47,628 nucleotides of DNA from Verrucomicrobiota bacterium (GTDB lineage Bacteria; Verrucomicrobiota; Verrucomicrobiia; Chthoniobacterales; Chthoniobacteraceae). The notes under the pieces were generated by a model. That model saw only the letters and a program-made list of their open reading frames with translations. It did no database searches and was not told the origin of the DNA. Positions 32,976 to 42,218 of the stretch are shown in pieces (position 1 is the stretch's first letter; the number at the start of each line of letters is the position of its first letter). The stretch covers positions 1 through 47,628 of the forward strand of contig JBAXSN010000001.1 of the NCBI GenBank assembly GCA_037130675.1, given 5' to 3'. The position numbers were made by a program, and so were the translations under genes.

Positions 32976-34793
32976 ATGGATTTCATCTTCAATCGTTTGC
33001 CTGCCGCAGTGAGCGACTTCACCTCAATGCTGAATGGTTCCCTCGTGGGAGTGGAAGCGGCAATCGCCATTTTGGGAGCATTCGCCCTGACCTGGGTTTA
33101 CTGCCGGAGAGCGGCGCAAGCGCAGCGCTTCGCCCGTGAAGCGGAGGCGGATGCGGCCCAAATGCATGCGCAAGCCGAATCGATTCAGTCGGACGCGGAA
33201 TTTGCGCAGGCCAATGCGGAGCAAGCCATGCATAGCGCGGAGCAAGCCCAGCAGTTTGCGGCCGCGTTGATCGAATCGGCAACGGTGATCATTATTGGGG
33301 TTGACGTAAGAGAGCGCCTCCGGCTCTTCAATCAGAGTGCTCAAAAGATCACCGGGTACACCCAGGAACAGTTGGCGAAGGAGGACTGGCTTCAAACGCT
33401 CTTCCCGGGTGAGGATTTCGCCCCGGCGCGTGAAGGCCTCATGGAGTTGATGAGGCAAGAGACCGGTCCATATATCGAAACGCTTCTGGTGGCTCAGTCC
33501 GGGGAAGAAAAACGCATCTCCTGGCAGTGTCGGCATGTGACCTATCACGACGAACCGATGGTTTTGCTCTTCGGTGTCGATCTTACCGAACGCGAATTGG
33601 CGGAGCAGGAGCGGCACGGGCTGGAACGCAAACTCCTGGACATGCAAAAGCTTGAGAGCCTGGGCGTGCTGGCCGGGGGAATCGCGCATGATTTCAATAA
33701 TCTCCTGACCGCAATCCTCGGCAACGCCCAGATGGCGAAAATACAGTTGATGCGGACCGGGGGAGCCAAACAACTCCAGCAATATATGGTGGAGATCGAG
33801 CGCACCTCGATGCAGGCGGCCGATCTCTGCAAGCAAATGCTCGCCTACTCAGGCCAGGGGAAGATCGAGGTTCGGATGCTCAACCTGAATCAGGTCATCC
33901 GGGACATGAGCCAGCTCCTGCGGATTTCCGTCTCAAAAAAAGTGCAGCTTTCGTTCAACCTCGCCCATGTGCTGCCGATGGTTCACGGAGACATCAGCCA
34001 AATGCGGCAGGTGTTCATGAACCTGATCATCAATGCCTCGGAAGCCATCTCCGACCGGGAAGGGTTCATTTGGGTGTCCACCGGCGTGGTGCATGGCGCG
34101 AAAAGGCTCTTCCGCGGCACGACCGTCACGGGGCAACCCGAGGAACGCGATTACGTTTTCGTCGAGATAGCCGACACGGGCTGCGGCATGAGCGACGAGA
34201 CGAAAGCCCGGATGTTCGATCCGTTTTTCACCACCAAGTTCACCGGCCGGGGATTGGGCCTGGCGGCCGTGCTCGGGATCATCAGGAGCCACGGCGGGAC
34301 CCTTGAGCTTGAAACGCGTGAAACGGAGGGGACGACATTCACTCTGCTCTTTCCGTGTGCCGACGCCGCTGCGGAACCCCACCGGGAAGACGAACCGCAA
34401 GTGATGTCCCACTGGAGCGGCGAAGGGCTCATCCTGGTGGTCGATGACGAGGAGAGTGTCCGAACCCTGACCACCCGAATGCTGGAGTCCTTCCAGTTTC
34501 ATGTGATCACCGCGTGCGATGGCCGGGATGGCGTGGACAAGTTTCATACCCACGCCGATGCGATCACCGCCGTGCTTTTGGACGTCACAATGCCCTCCAT
34601 GAGCGGGCTGGAAGTTTTGGAACGCATCCGGACCATTCGCCCCCATGTCCCTGTGATCTTCATGAGCGGCTACATGCGCGAAGGCGAACTGCGCACTCTG
34701 GATACAGCGACCGATTTCCTTCAGAAGCCGTTCAAGCTCGAGGATCTTCAAGGGAAGCTCCGGAAAATGATCGATACGCAGGTCGGATCGTAA
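32976..34793 (+). CDS. Hybrid sensor histidine kinase / response regulator
   Basis: 605 aa. N-terminal TM helix, Ala/Gln-rich coiled coil, PAS-like region, H-box GGIAHDFNNLL, the N box (MNLIINASEAI) plus G1/G2 boxes (DTGCGM, GRGLGL), and a C-terminal receiver (VLLDVTMPSMSG). Confidence 0.9.
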   Translation: MDFIFNRLPAAVSDFTSMLNGSLVGVEAAIAILGAFALTWVYCRRAAQAQRFAREAEADAAQMHAQAESIQSDAEFAQANAEQAMHSAEQAQQFAAALIESATVIIIGVDVRERLRLFNQSAQKITGYTQEQLAKEDWLQTLFPGEDFAPAREGLMELMRQETGPYIETLLVAQSGEEKRISWQCRHVTYHDEPMVLLFGVDLTERELAEQERHGLERKLLDMQKLESLGVLAGGIAHDFNNLLTAILGNAQMAKIQLMRTGGAKQLQQYMVEIERTSMQAADLCKQMLAYSGQGKIEVRMLNLNQVIRDMSQLLRISVSKKVQLSFNLAHVLPMVHGDISQMRQVFMNLIINASEAISDREGFIWVSTGVVHGAKRLFRGTTVTGQPEERDYVFVEIADTGCGMSDETKARMFDPFFTTKFTGRGLGLAAVLGIIRSHGGTLELETRETEGTTFTLLFPCADAAAEPHREDEPQVMSHWSGEGLILVVDDEESVRTLTTRMLESFQFHVITACDGRDGVDKFHTHADAITAVLLDVTMPSMSGLEVLERIRTIRPHVPVIFMSGYMREGELRTLDTATDFLQKPFKLEDLQGKLRKMIDTQVGS

Positions 34794-34862
34794 GCCCCCT
34801 TCCGGCTTCGGAGCGCTCTCAAAGGCGGCGAAGGGCTTTACCACTCAATTGGAGTTTTCAAG

Positions 34863-35267
34863 TTGAACCCTCATTCACCTCCTCCGGCCTCCGATTTCGC
34901 CGCACGCCTGGCGCGCCTTGGCATCGGGTTGGATGAAATCGAGGAGAGCTTTGCGCGTTCGTCCGGGCCAGGCGGCCAGCACGTCAACAAGGTTTCGACT
35001 GCGGTGACGCTTCGTCATACCCCCAGCGGAGTCTCGGTGACCGCTCAGGACTCGCGTTCGCAAGCAATGAACCGTCAACTCGCCCGGGAGCGCCTGGCGG
35101 AGGCGCTGGAACAGAAGCGCGCGACGGCAAGGGCGGAAATCCAGTCCCAGCGGGAGAAAAGCCGGCGACAGAATCGCCCCAAGCCGCGCGGACTGAAGCG
35201 CCGGATATTGGATTCCAAGAAGAAGCGCGGCTCGGTGAAGAAGCTGAGGGGCCGGGTGGAGGGTTAG
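34863..35267 (+). CDS. arfB: Alternative ribosome-rescue factor ArfB (GGQ peptidyl-tRNA hydrolase)
   Basis: 134 aa, TTG start. SSGPGGQHVNKVSTAV plus a basic C-terminal tail. Confidence 0.8.
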   Translation: MNPHSPPPASDFAARLARLGIGLDEIEESFARSSGPGGQHVNKVSTAVTLRHTPSGVSVTAQDSRSQAMNRQLARERLAEALEQKRATARAEIQSQREKSRRQNRPKPRGLKRRILDSKKKRGSVKKLRGRVEG

Positions 35268-35476
35268 ATTAAATTACCCTACCCCAAGCTCTCCATCAGC
35301 GCGGAGGCCTCAATCAGCCCCTTTGGATTCCCAATATCCTGCCGTCGCCCCCCCAATTGGGTTTTTTACCGTTTCTTAACAATTTAGCCGTTTCGAGCCT
35401 ACCAATCCTTAACAATGCCGGGGTCTAATCCAGTGCAGAACACAATATCCACCTGTAACCGACACTAAAACTGACT

Positions 35477-36079
35477 ATGAAAAGAACCGTAATCACCCTG
35501 GGCTTGGTCCTCTCCGTCTCAGCCCTCACCGCATTTGCCGCACCCGAATCGAGCACGGCGCCAACCCCGGCGGGAACTCCCGGCCAGGAAGGCCGCGGAG
35601 GAAAAGGACAACACCGGAAATTCCCCCTTGTGGAGGCGCTTGACGCGAATGGCGATCGAGTGATCGATGCCCAGGAGATCGCCAACGCTCCCGAAGCGCT
35701 CAAGAAGCTCGACAAGAACGGAGACGGCAAGCTGACCATCGATGAACTCCGTCCCCAGCGCCCCGGCCAGGCAGAACGCGCGATCAAGGACCCGGCCCGC
35801 GCGGAAAAGCGGGAAGAAAAACAAGGAAAACATGTTCACCCCCTCATCTCAGCTCTCGACACCAACGGGGACGGGGTGATCGACTCGACCGAGATCGCTG
35901 GCGCAGCAGAATCTCTCAAGAAACTGGACAAAAACGGCGATGGGAAACTCACCCGTGAGGAAATCTTTCCAGGCTTTGCCGCGAAAGAAGGGCATGGAAA
36001 GGGAGAGCGCAAGCACGGAGGTGCTCCGTCGCAGTTGACTGCTCCGGCCCAACCGACCGCTGCTACAGAAAAAAAGTAG
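35477..36079 (+). CDS. Secreted EF-hand calcium-binding protein (4 EF loops, internal duplication)
   Basis: Signal peptide MKRTVITLGLVLSVSALTAFA. Loops are DANGDRVIDAQE, DKNGDGKLTIDE, DTNGDGVIDSTE, DKNGDGKLTREE. Confidence 0.8.
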   Translation: MKRTVITLGLVLSVSALTAFAAPESSTAPTPAGTPGQEGRGGKGQHRKFPLVEALDANGDRVIDAQEIANAPEALKKLDKNGDGKLTIDELRPQRPGQAERAIKDPARAEKREEKQGKHVHPLISALDTNGDGVIDSTEIAGAAESLKKLDKNGDGKLTREEIFPGFAAKEGHGKGERKHGGAPSQLTAPAQPTAATEKK

Positions 36080-36115
36080 CGGGTCGTTTTCAGAGCGCCA
36101 AGGCGCTTCGCTTAA

Positions 36116-36146
36116 CCCAGGCTCCCGAAGGGTGGCCTGGGTTTTT
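36116..36146 (+). terminator. Rho-independent terminator after the EF-hand gene
   Basis: CCCAGGC-TCCCGAAGGGTG-GCCTGGG followed by TTTTTCATTTTT. It is preceded by a second small hairpin, AGCGCC-AA-GGCGCT. Confidence 0.7.
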
Positions 36147-36302
36147 CATTTTTGGAAGATGGACGAAATGAACACGGAACCCGATGCCACGCCCTCTCCG
36201 CGTCTCCCCTCTCCGCATCTTCCTATAAGGGTTTTCCCGATATTGACGATGTTTTCATTTTTCCCTTCATCCCGACCCGTTCCTTAGTCATGGTAAGGGA
36301 GC

Positions 36303-37958
36303 ATGGCCACTGGTTACCTCGCTTTAGTTCTCCACGCACACCTTCCCTTTGTGCGGCACCCGGAATATCCGGAATTTCTGGAAGAAGACTGGCTGTACGA
36401 AGCAATCACGGAAACCTACGTGCCGTTGCTCCAGATCCTGAACGGACTGGTGCGGGATCGCGTGCCGTTCCAACTCACGATGTCCCTGACCCCGCCGCTC
36501 TGCTCGATGCTGCGGGACCCCCTTCTCCAAGAGCGCTACGTGGCCTATCTGGACCGCGCCATCGCGCTGGCCAAACAGGAACTGGAGCGGACCCGGCACG
36601 ATTCACGCCTCCAGGAGCTCGCGAAGTTCTATTTCGACCGGTTTACGAACTGCCGCTGCGCGTTTGTCGATGAGTGGAAGTGCGATCTCGTTTCCGTTTT
36701 CGCACGACTCCAGGACGAGGGCGTTCTCGAAATCATCACTTGCGCGGCCACGCACGGGTTCCTCCCTCTGATGGAGAACTTCCCCGAAGCGGTGCGTGCG
36801 CAAATCCTGCTCGCCCGCGACAGCTACCGCGAATGCTTTGGGCGGGACCCCCAGGGAATCTGGCTGCCGGAATGCGGGTACGTCGCAGGGATCGAAAAGA
36901 TGCTGGCCGAGGCGAACATCCGCTGGTTTATCATCGACTCGCACGGGCTCATGTTTGGGCAACCGCGTCCGCGGTACGCCATTTACGCCCCGTGCTTCAC
37001 CCCGGCGGGGCCGGCGGCGTTTGCGCGGGATCGCGATTCTGCCCGCCAGGTATGGAGCCAGGAAGATGGGTATCCCGGCGACCCGGCTTACCGCGATTTC
37101 TACCGGGATATCGGGTTCGACCTGGAACCAAACGAGCTTGGGGAATTTGCACTGCGCGAAGGAGTCCGGAAGTTTTCCGGGATCAAATACCACCGCATCA
37201 CCGGAGCCACTCCGGAGAAGGATATTTACAATCGGGCCTGGGCCCTGGGCGCCGCCGACGCGCACGCCGGCCATTTCCTGGCGTCGCGCACCAGGCAAAT
37301 CGAGGAACTGGTTCAGAATACCAACATTGAGCCGATCGTTGTCAGCCCTTATGACGCCGAGCTTTTCGGCCATTGGTGGTTTGAAGGGCCGGAGTTCCTG
37401 AATTTATTCATTCGCAAGGCGGCCTACGACCAGCAGGTATTCAAGATGGTGACACCGAGCCGGTTTTTGTCCGAGCACCCGACCCAGCAACTTGTGGTGC
37501 CGTCGTCCTCAAGCTGGGGACACAAAGGTTACTGGGAGGTTTGGCTCGACGAGACGAATTCGTGGATTTATCCGCACCTCCACATGGCCGCCCGGCGAAT
37601 GACCGAACTGGCCACGGAATTTGCAGAGAAGGCCACACCGGACATTAACAGCACCGCCCCGGCTGAGCGGGGCGGCTACAGGGCCGAGAAACTCACGCCT
37701 ATCATTGAAAGGGCGCTGCGCCAACTCGCGCGCGAACTGCTGCTGGCCCAGTCGAGCGATTGGGCGTTCCTGATGAAAACCGGCACCGCGCGGAATTACG
37801 CGACCAAACGAACCAAAGATCACATTCTCCGGTTCACCCGGCTCTACGACCAGATTCGCGGACGCAATATTGACGAAAAGTTTCTCGCAAACTGCGAATG
37901 GCGCGACAATCTATTCCCCAATCTCGAGTGGCGTTACTTCGTTCGAAAACAATCGTGA
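36303..37958 (+). CDS. GH57-family 1,4-alpha-glucan branching enzyme
   Basis: 551 aa. LHAHLPFVRHPE N-terminus, WLPECGY (nucleophile region), YDAELFGHWWFEG. AAGGGAG Shine-Dalgarno upstream. Confidence 0.88.
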   Translation: MATGYLALVLHAHLPFVRHPEYPEFLEEDWLYEAITETYVPLLQILNGLVRDRVPFQLTMSLTPPLCSMLRDPLLQERYVAYLDRAIALAKQELERTRHDSRLQELAKFYFDRFTNCRCAFVDEWKCDLVSVFARLQDEGVLEIITCAATHGFLPLMENFPEAVRAQILLARDSYRECFGRDPQGIWLPECGYVAGIEKMLAEANIRWFIIDSHGLMFGQPRPRYAIYAPCFTPAGPAAFARDRDSARQVWSQEDGYPGDPAYRDFYRDIGFDLEPNELGEFALREGVRKFSGIKYHRITGATPEKDIYNRAWALGAADAHAGHFLASRTRQIEELVQNTNIEPIVVSPYDAELFGHWWFEGPEFLNLFIRKAAYDQQVFKMVTPSRFLSEHPTQQLVVPSSSSWGHKGYWEVWLDETNSWIYPHLHMAARRMTELATEFAEKATPDINSTAPAERGGYRAEKLTPIIERALRQLARELLLAQSSDWAFLMKTGTARNYATKRTKDHILRFTRLYDQIRGRNIDEKFLANCEWRDNLFPNLEWRYFVRKQS

Positions 37959-39283
37959 GAAATCCGGCGACACCCCGCCCGCGTTCACCGCGCGCCCGAA
38001 CGGCGTTGCTGGTCGCGTTTGCCCTTTTGCTGTCGGCAGCGGAAGGGATTGCGGCGGATATCCGCATCATGTTCCTGCCACCGCCAATGGAAGGAACGAT
38101 TTCGCTCGGGATCTATAATGCCGAAGGAAGACTTGTCCGCGTGCTGCACCGTGAGGCGGAAGTGAGCGCGTTCACCGCCGAACTTAACGGACTGGTCACC
38201 TATTGGGATGGCGCGGACGATCGGGGCGTTGCCTGTCCCACCGGCAAGTACCATGCCCACGGTTTTATGGTCGGGGAACTGGAGATCGAGGGCGTCGATT
38301 TCATCGGCAACGACTGGGTGAATGAGGAAGAAGATACGCTGAGGATAAGCCGGATCACCAACCTCGAGATGTCTCCTTCGGGAAACCTGGTTCTCAAAGC
38401 GATGGTTCCCGGCCAAGCGCAAGCGGAGGTCTTTGAAGTGTTATTCAAAGGACCCAATGCGGAAGGCGAAACCGAGCCCTGGTTGATCCGCAACCCAAGT
38501 CTTGAGTTCCCCAGACCAAGCCCGGCCGGTTGGTGGGGATTCGTTGAAGGCCCCTTCAAACCGAGAGCACATCGGTCGGTCGATACCGCTCCCGGAACCA
38601 ACGGAACGGTTTGGGTGATCGAAGAAAACACGATAAAACAATATTCCGCCAAAGGGGAAACCCTGCGGACGATTGCGACGAAACCCGAAGATCCGTCCCC
38701 GATTAAGCTCACGGCATCGCCCACCGAGGAAAAAGTGTTCGTTCTTGAGCAAAACTCCAAACAGCAGCGACTGTGCTGCCTGGATTTCACCGGAGTCGCC
38801 CCCAAAGAGGAGCCGAAAGTTGTCTTCGAACAAAGTATCCGATTCAGCGATCGGTTTGAACAGATTGCCGGAGAACTGACCTTCCCCGATGAGAAGCCGT
38901 TTACACCTTCACCAACCCTGAAGCTAACCCTCGTCCCGAATCCGCTTCTCCAGGACAAGCCCGGATCGGTCGAAGTCGCTGTAAAAACCGACAAAACGGG
39001 AAGCTTTTTTGCCGCGGTGGACGGATTGCCACTCGATCATATCAGCGAAACCCCAAATCTACGCTGGGCAATGATGGGAAGGGAGCCCGACAGCAATACC
39101 GCCACTGTATTTCAGAGCGATGGCGCAGTGGTCGAGCAGTTCACGGCGTCGCGCCTTGCCAACATGATGGCGTTTGATACGGGGGATTTCGAATGGTCGC
39201 CGGACGCAGCCACACCGACGGTTCCACCCCTCCCCTCACCCGCGCCGACCGGCACTCCGCTCGCGAACCAAACCGCCAGGTGA
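37955..39283 (+). CDS. Hypothetical secreted protein with an N-terminal FlgD-Ig-like beta-sandwich
   Basis: I prefer the GTG at 37955, which overlaps the GH57 stop (GTGA). This gives the signal-like RNPATPRPRSPRARTALLVAFALLLSAAEG. GIYNAEGRLVRVLH...TYWDGADDRGVACPTGKYHAHG matches the FlgD-Ig/FlgD-like pattern. The ORF track opens it at 37898. Confidence 0.55.
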   Translation: MRNPATPRPRSPRARTALLVAFALLLSAAEGIAADIRIMFLPPPMEGTISLGIYNAEGRLVRVLHREAEVSAFTAELNGLVTYWDGADDRGVACPTGKYHAHGFMVGELEIEGVDFIGNDWVNEEEDTLRISRITNLEMSPSGNLVLKAMVPGQAQAEVFEVLFKGPNAEGETEPWLIRNPSLEFPRPSPAGWWGFVEGPFKPRAHRSVDTAPGTNGTVWVIEENTIKQYSAKGETLRTIATKPEDPSPIKLTASPTEEKVFVLEQNSKQQRLCCLDFTGVAPKEEPKVVFEQSIRFSDRFEQIAGELTFPDEKPFTPSPTLKLTLVPNPLLQDKPGSVEVAVKTDKTGSFFAAVDGLPLDHISETPNLRWAMMGREPDSNTATVFQSDGAVVEQFTASRLANMMAFDTGDFEWSPDAATPTVPPLPSPAPTGTPLANQTAR

Positions 39284-39291
39284 CGTTCTTT

Positions 39292-39888
39292 TTACTTATT
39301 CTTGATCTGGCGGCGCGTAGCTGCCTTCCTCGTAGTGCGCTTCGCCTTTTTGCGCGAGGCGTCGGCTTTCGCCGCCACTTTCTTCCTTTCCGCCGGGGCT
39401 GCAGATGACTGCGTCTCCCCGGTTGCCCCCGTCGCGGGTTGCGCCCAAGGCGGAAAGAGTCCCCGCATCCAGGTCGCAGGACTCGCCAGGGCGCTGGTGA
39501 GTTGATGTGCTTCCCTCATCATCTCCTCAAACTTCTTCTGGGAAGCACAAAATGCCTCAAACGCCTGGCGGAAATAGAGATCCACAAAATCCTTCAGCAA
39601 CCGATCGTTGACGCGAATCGCGCGGCTGAGCAATTCGGTTGAGAAAAGGGCCAGTTTGATTGGTTCATAATCGAGCAAAATCTGGGTGAGAATTCTCGCC
39701 GTGATGTCCTCTTCGGTCTGGGAGTCGATCACCCTGATGTCGTAGCCCTCAATAATGAGTTTGTGAATCTGGGCAAGACCGACGTGCTGGCTGCGCGTCG
39801 TGTCGTAATAGCGACGGTTTTGGTATTTCCGGATCTCAAGGATTTCGGGGCGATCGCTATTTTTACGAGTCATGGGCTGTTGATTCAT
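39292..39888 (-). CDS. phaR: PHA synthesis repressor PhaR with a Lys/Arg-rich C-terminal tail
   Basis: IRKYQNRRYYDTTRSQHVGLAQIHKLIIEGYDIRVID...DITARILTQILLDYE is the PhaR N-terminal DNA-binding signature. Start set at MNQQPMTRKN (ATG 39886-39888 checked); an alternative ATG lies at 39871-39873. Confidence 0.82.
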   Translation of the reverse strand: MNQQPMTRKNSDRPEILEIRKYQNRRYYDTTRSQHVGLAQIHKLIIEGYDIRVIDSQTEEDITARILTQILLDYEPIKLALFSTELLSRAIRVNDRLLKDFVDLYFRQAFEAFCASQKKFEEMMREAHQLTSALASPATWMRGLFPPWAQPATGATGETQSSAAPAERKKVAAKADASRKKAKRTTRKAATRRQIKNK

Positions 39889-40020
39889 CACAAACACGGC
39901 CAGCGGCGGTTGATTCCGCGACCGCGTTTCAAGACAAGGCTGAAAGAGTTTGTTCGATTTGTCAAAAATAATATTCGCCACGAGGGAGAACCCTACAACG
40001 CAAACGCACAAAAGTTCCAG

Positions 40021-40049
40021 TTGACAGTGCTTTTCATGAGCAATAGATT
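40021..40049 (+). promoter_or_regulatory. Candidate promoter immediately upstream of the SDR gene (possible leaderless transcript)
   Basis: TTGACA (40021-40026), 17-nt spacer, TAGATT (40044-40049). The ATG is at 40056, only 6 nt after the -10 box. Pattern match only. Confidence 0.25.
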
Positions 40050-40055
40050 CCAACT

Positions 40056-40904
40056 ATGAACGATTACCTTGGAGCGCCGGCGGAGCTAAAGACGATTGAA
40101 GGACAGGTGGCGGTAATCACGGGAGCTGCCGGAGGAATCGGATATTCGCTGGCCATGGAGATGGCACGGCGCAATGCGGCAGGGCTTGCGCTGGTTGATT
40201 TCAGCGACCGCGTCAAAGAGGTTGTCCAAGAAGTTAACTCCCATGCGGGAAGGGAGTTAGCCCTTGCATTCAAAGGAGATACGACCGATGCGGCCTTTCG
40301 CCAGTGCGTCTATGCCGAGACTCAGGAAAAACTGGGCGTGCCTCGGATTTGCGTCCCCGCCGCAGCCATCACGAAAGATTCACTCGCGGTGCGCATCGAC
40401 AGAGATACTGGAAAAGTGATCATTTATCCGGTCGAAGATTTTCGAAGTGTCGTGGAAGTCAATATGATAGCCCCGGTCTATTGGGCTATTGAGATGGTGG
40501 CTTCGCTGGCCAAGGAGCGCAAATTGCGCGGGATGAAGCGCTGGCAACCCGAGGAGGGACTCCAAGGCGCCGTGGTTTTCCTCGGGTCCATCGCCTCCAT
40601 TGGCAATGTCGGCCAGATCTCCTACTCCTCGACCAAGGCCGGCTTGGAAGGAGCCGCTTCGACCCTCATGGCGGAAGCCATCTACTACGGCGTCCGATGC
40701 AGTATCATTCATCCAGGATTTACCGACACCCCCATGGTCCGGGCTCTTGGGGAGGAATACATCCGCACCAAGGTGCTTCCACAAACCCAGCTAAAGCGGC
40801 TGATCAAACCCGAGGAGATCGCCGATGCCATCTGCTTCATGATCACCAATGCCGCCGTGAGTGGAGAACTGTGGGCCGATGCCGGATGGCGGCCCGCTCC
40901 GTAG
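40056..40904 (+). CDS. Short-chain dehydrogenase/reductase
   Basis: 282 aa. TGAAGGIG cofactor motif and YSSTK catalytic Tyr/Lys. Divergent from phaR. Confidence 0.85.
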   Translation: MNDYLGAPAELKTIEGQVAVITGAAGGIGYSLAMEMARRNAAGLALVDFSDRVKEVVQEVNSHAGRELALAFKGDTTDAAFRQCVYAETQEKLGVPRICVPAAAITKDSLAVRIDRDTGKVIIYPVEDFRSVVEVNMIAPVYWAIEMVASLAKERKLRGMKRWQPEEGLQGAVVFLGSIASIGNVGQISYSSTKAGLEGAASTLMAEAIYYGVRCSIIHPGFTDTPMVRALGEEYIRTKVLPQTQLKRLIKPEEIADAICFMITNAAVSGELWADAGWRPAP

Positions 40905-41402
40905 CGTAAACAACGCTCCAACAAGAGCGGAAAGTTTTGCATCCGCTGCAGAAAATACACTCGGGGAATCCACGGATTCCCCGTCCAATATTAGCAACGC
41001 TAAATTGGTTTAAATTTCACCACCCAAAAAGGCGGTTTTGCTATTCGCGCAATGCTCCCGCCACGGTTGCCTCTGTCATTGCGAGTTGAGCCCGGACTGT
41101 GCGGTTCCTGAGCCGCGCACCAGAAGCAGGAGCGGAAACACTAGCGTTAGCTTCAGGCGGGTTTCAGGAGTTCCCCGATAAACGCCATGGGAACTACGCT
41201 TTGCGCGCCCTTCGGATTTGGCGCACGAGCAATTGTGAATATTCCGGGGGCGTGCTCGGGACTCAATGCGTTCCGCAGTCGTGCTAACCCCGATTGTGGG
41301 ATCTAGCGTGAGGAAATATAAAAGTTCCCATGCGGGGCGTCCGCATCAAACAACCAACATCTGCACGCCAAAAAAACACCAATTAAGAATTATCTGCGAA
41401 AT

Positions 41403-42155
41403 ATGAAAATCGATCTCAGCGGTAAAATTGCACTCGTAACGGGGGGAAGTCGGGGAATCGGGCGCGCCATCGCGCTCGCCTTGGGTGGCGCGGGATGTGA
41501 CACACTGATCAACTATCAAAGCTCCGACGAGGCGGCGCAGGAAGTGGTCTGCGAGCTTAAGCGATTGGGGGTGCGCTCGCGAGCCTACAAAGCGGACATC
41601 TCCGACGCCGCTCAGGCCGACGCGATGCTCAAGGCGATCAATGAGGAGTTTGGAACCGTTGATGTTCTGGTGAACAACGCCGCGATCAATCGCGATCGCT
41701 CCTTCCTCAAGATGACCAAACAAATGTGGGACGAAGTGCTCGGAGTCAATCTGAACGGCCCCTTCAATATCACTCATGCTTTGCTGCCGGGGATGGTGGA
41801 GAAGAATTGGGGGCGCATCGTCAATATCGCGTCCATGAACGGACAGACCGGCAACTTCGGGCAAGCCAACTACGCTGTCACCAAAGGCGGCCTGATCGCG
41901 TTCACCTACACCCTGGCCCGCGAGTTTGCCCGCAAAGGGATCACGGTGAATGCCGTCTCTCCAGGCTATACCCTGACCGACATGACCAAAGGAATGCCGG
42001 CCTCGGCTCTCGAGCAACTCCAGGGAACAATGATCCCGATGGGGCGCATGGGATCGCCCGAGGAAATCGCCGCAGCGGTCGTGTTCGCCGCAAGCCCGCA
42101 GGCTAGCTACATCACCGGCCAGGTGATCGGCGTGAACGGCGGAATGTACATGTAG
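41403..42155 (+). CDS. phaB: Acetoacetyl-CoA reductase / 3-oxoacyl reductase (FabG family)
   Basis: 250 aa. TGGSRGIG, NNAA, YAVTK. The phaB call rests on its position in the PHA locus. Confidence 0.8.
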   Translation: MKIDLSGKIALVTGGSRGIGRAIALALGGAGCDTLINYQSSDEAAQEVVCELKRLGVRSRAYKADISDAAQADAMLKAINEEFGTVDVLVNNAAINRDRSFLKMTKQMWDEVLGVNLNGPFNITHALLPGMVEKNWGRIVNIASMNGQTGNFGQANYAVTKGGLIAFTYTLAREFARKGITVNAVSPGYTLTDMTKGMPASALEQLQGTMIPMGRMGSPEEIAAAVVFAASPQASYITGQVIGVNGGMYM

Positions 42156-42218
42156 TATAGAGCCGAAACTCAAACCAGCATTTCACGGAACCGGCTAAAC
42201 CAAAAGAGAAGCACGAGC

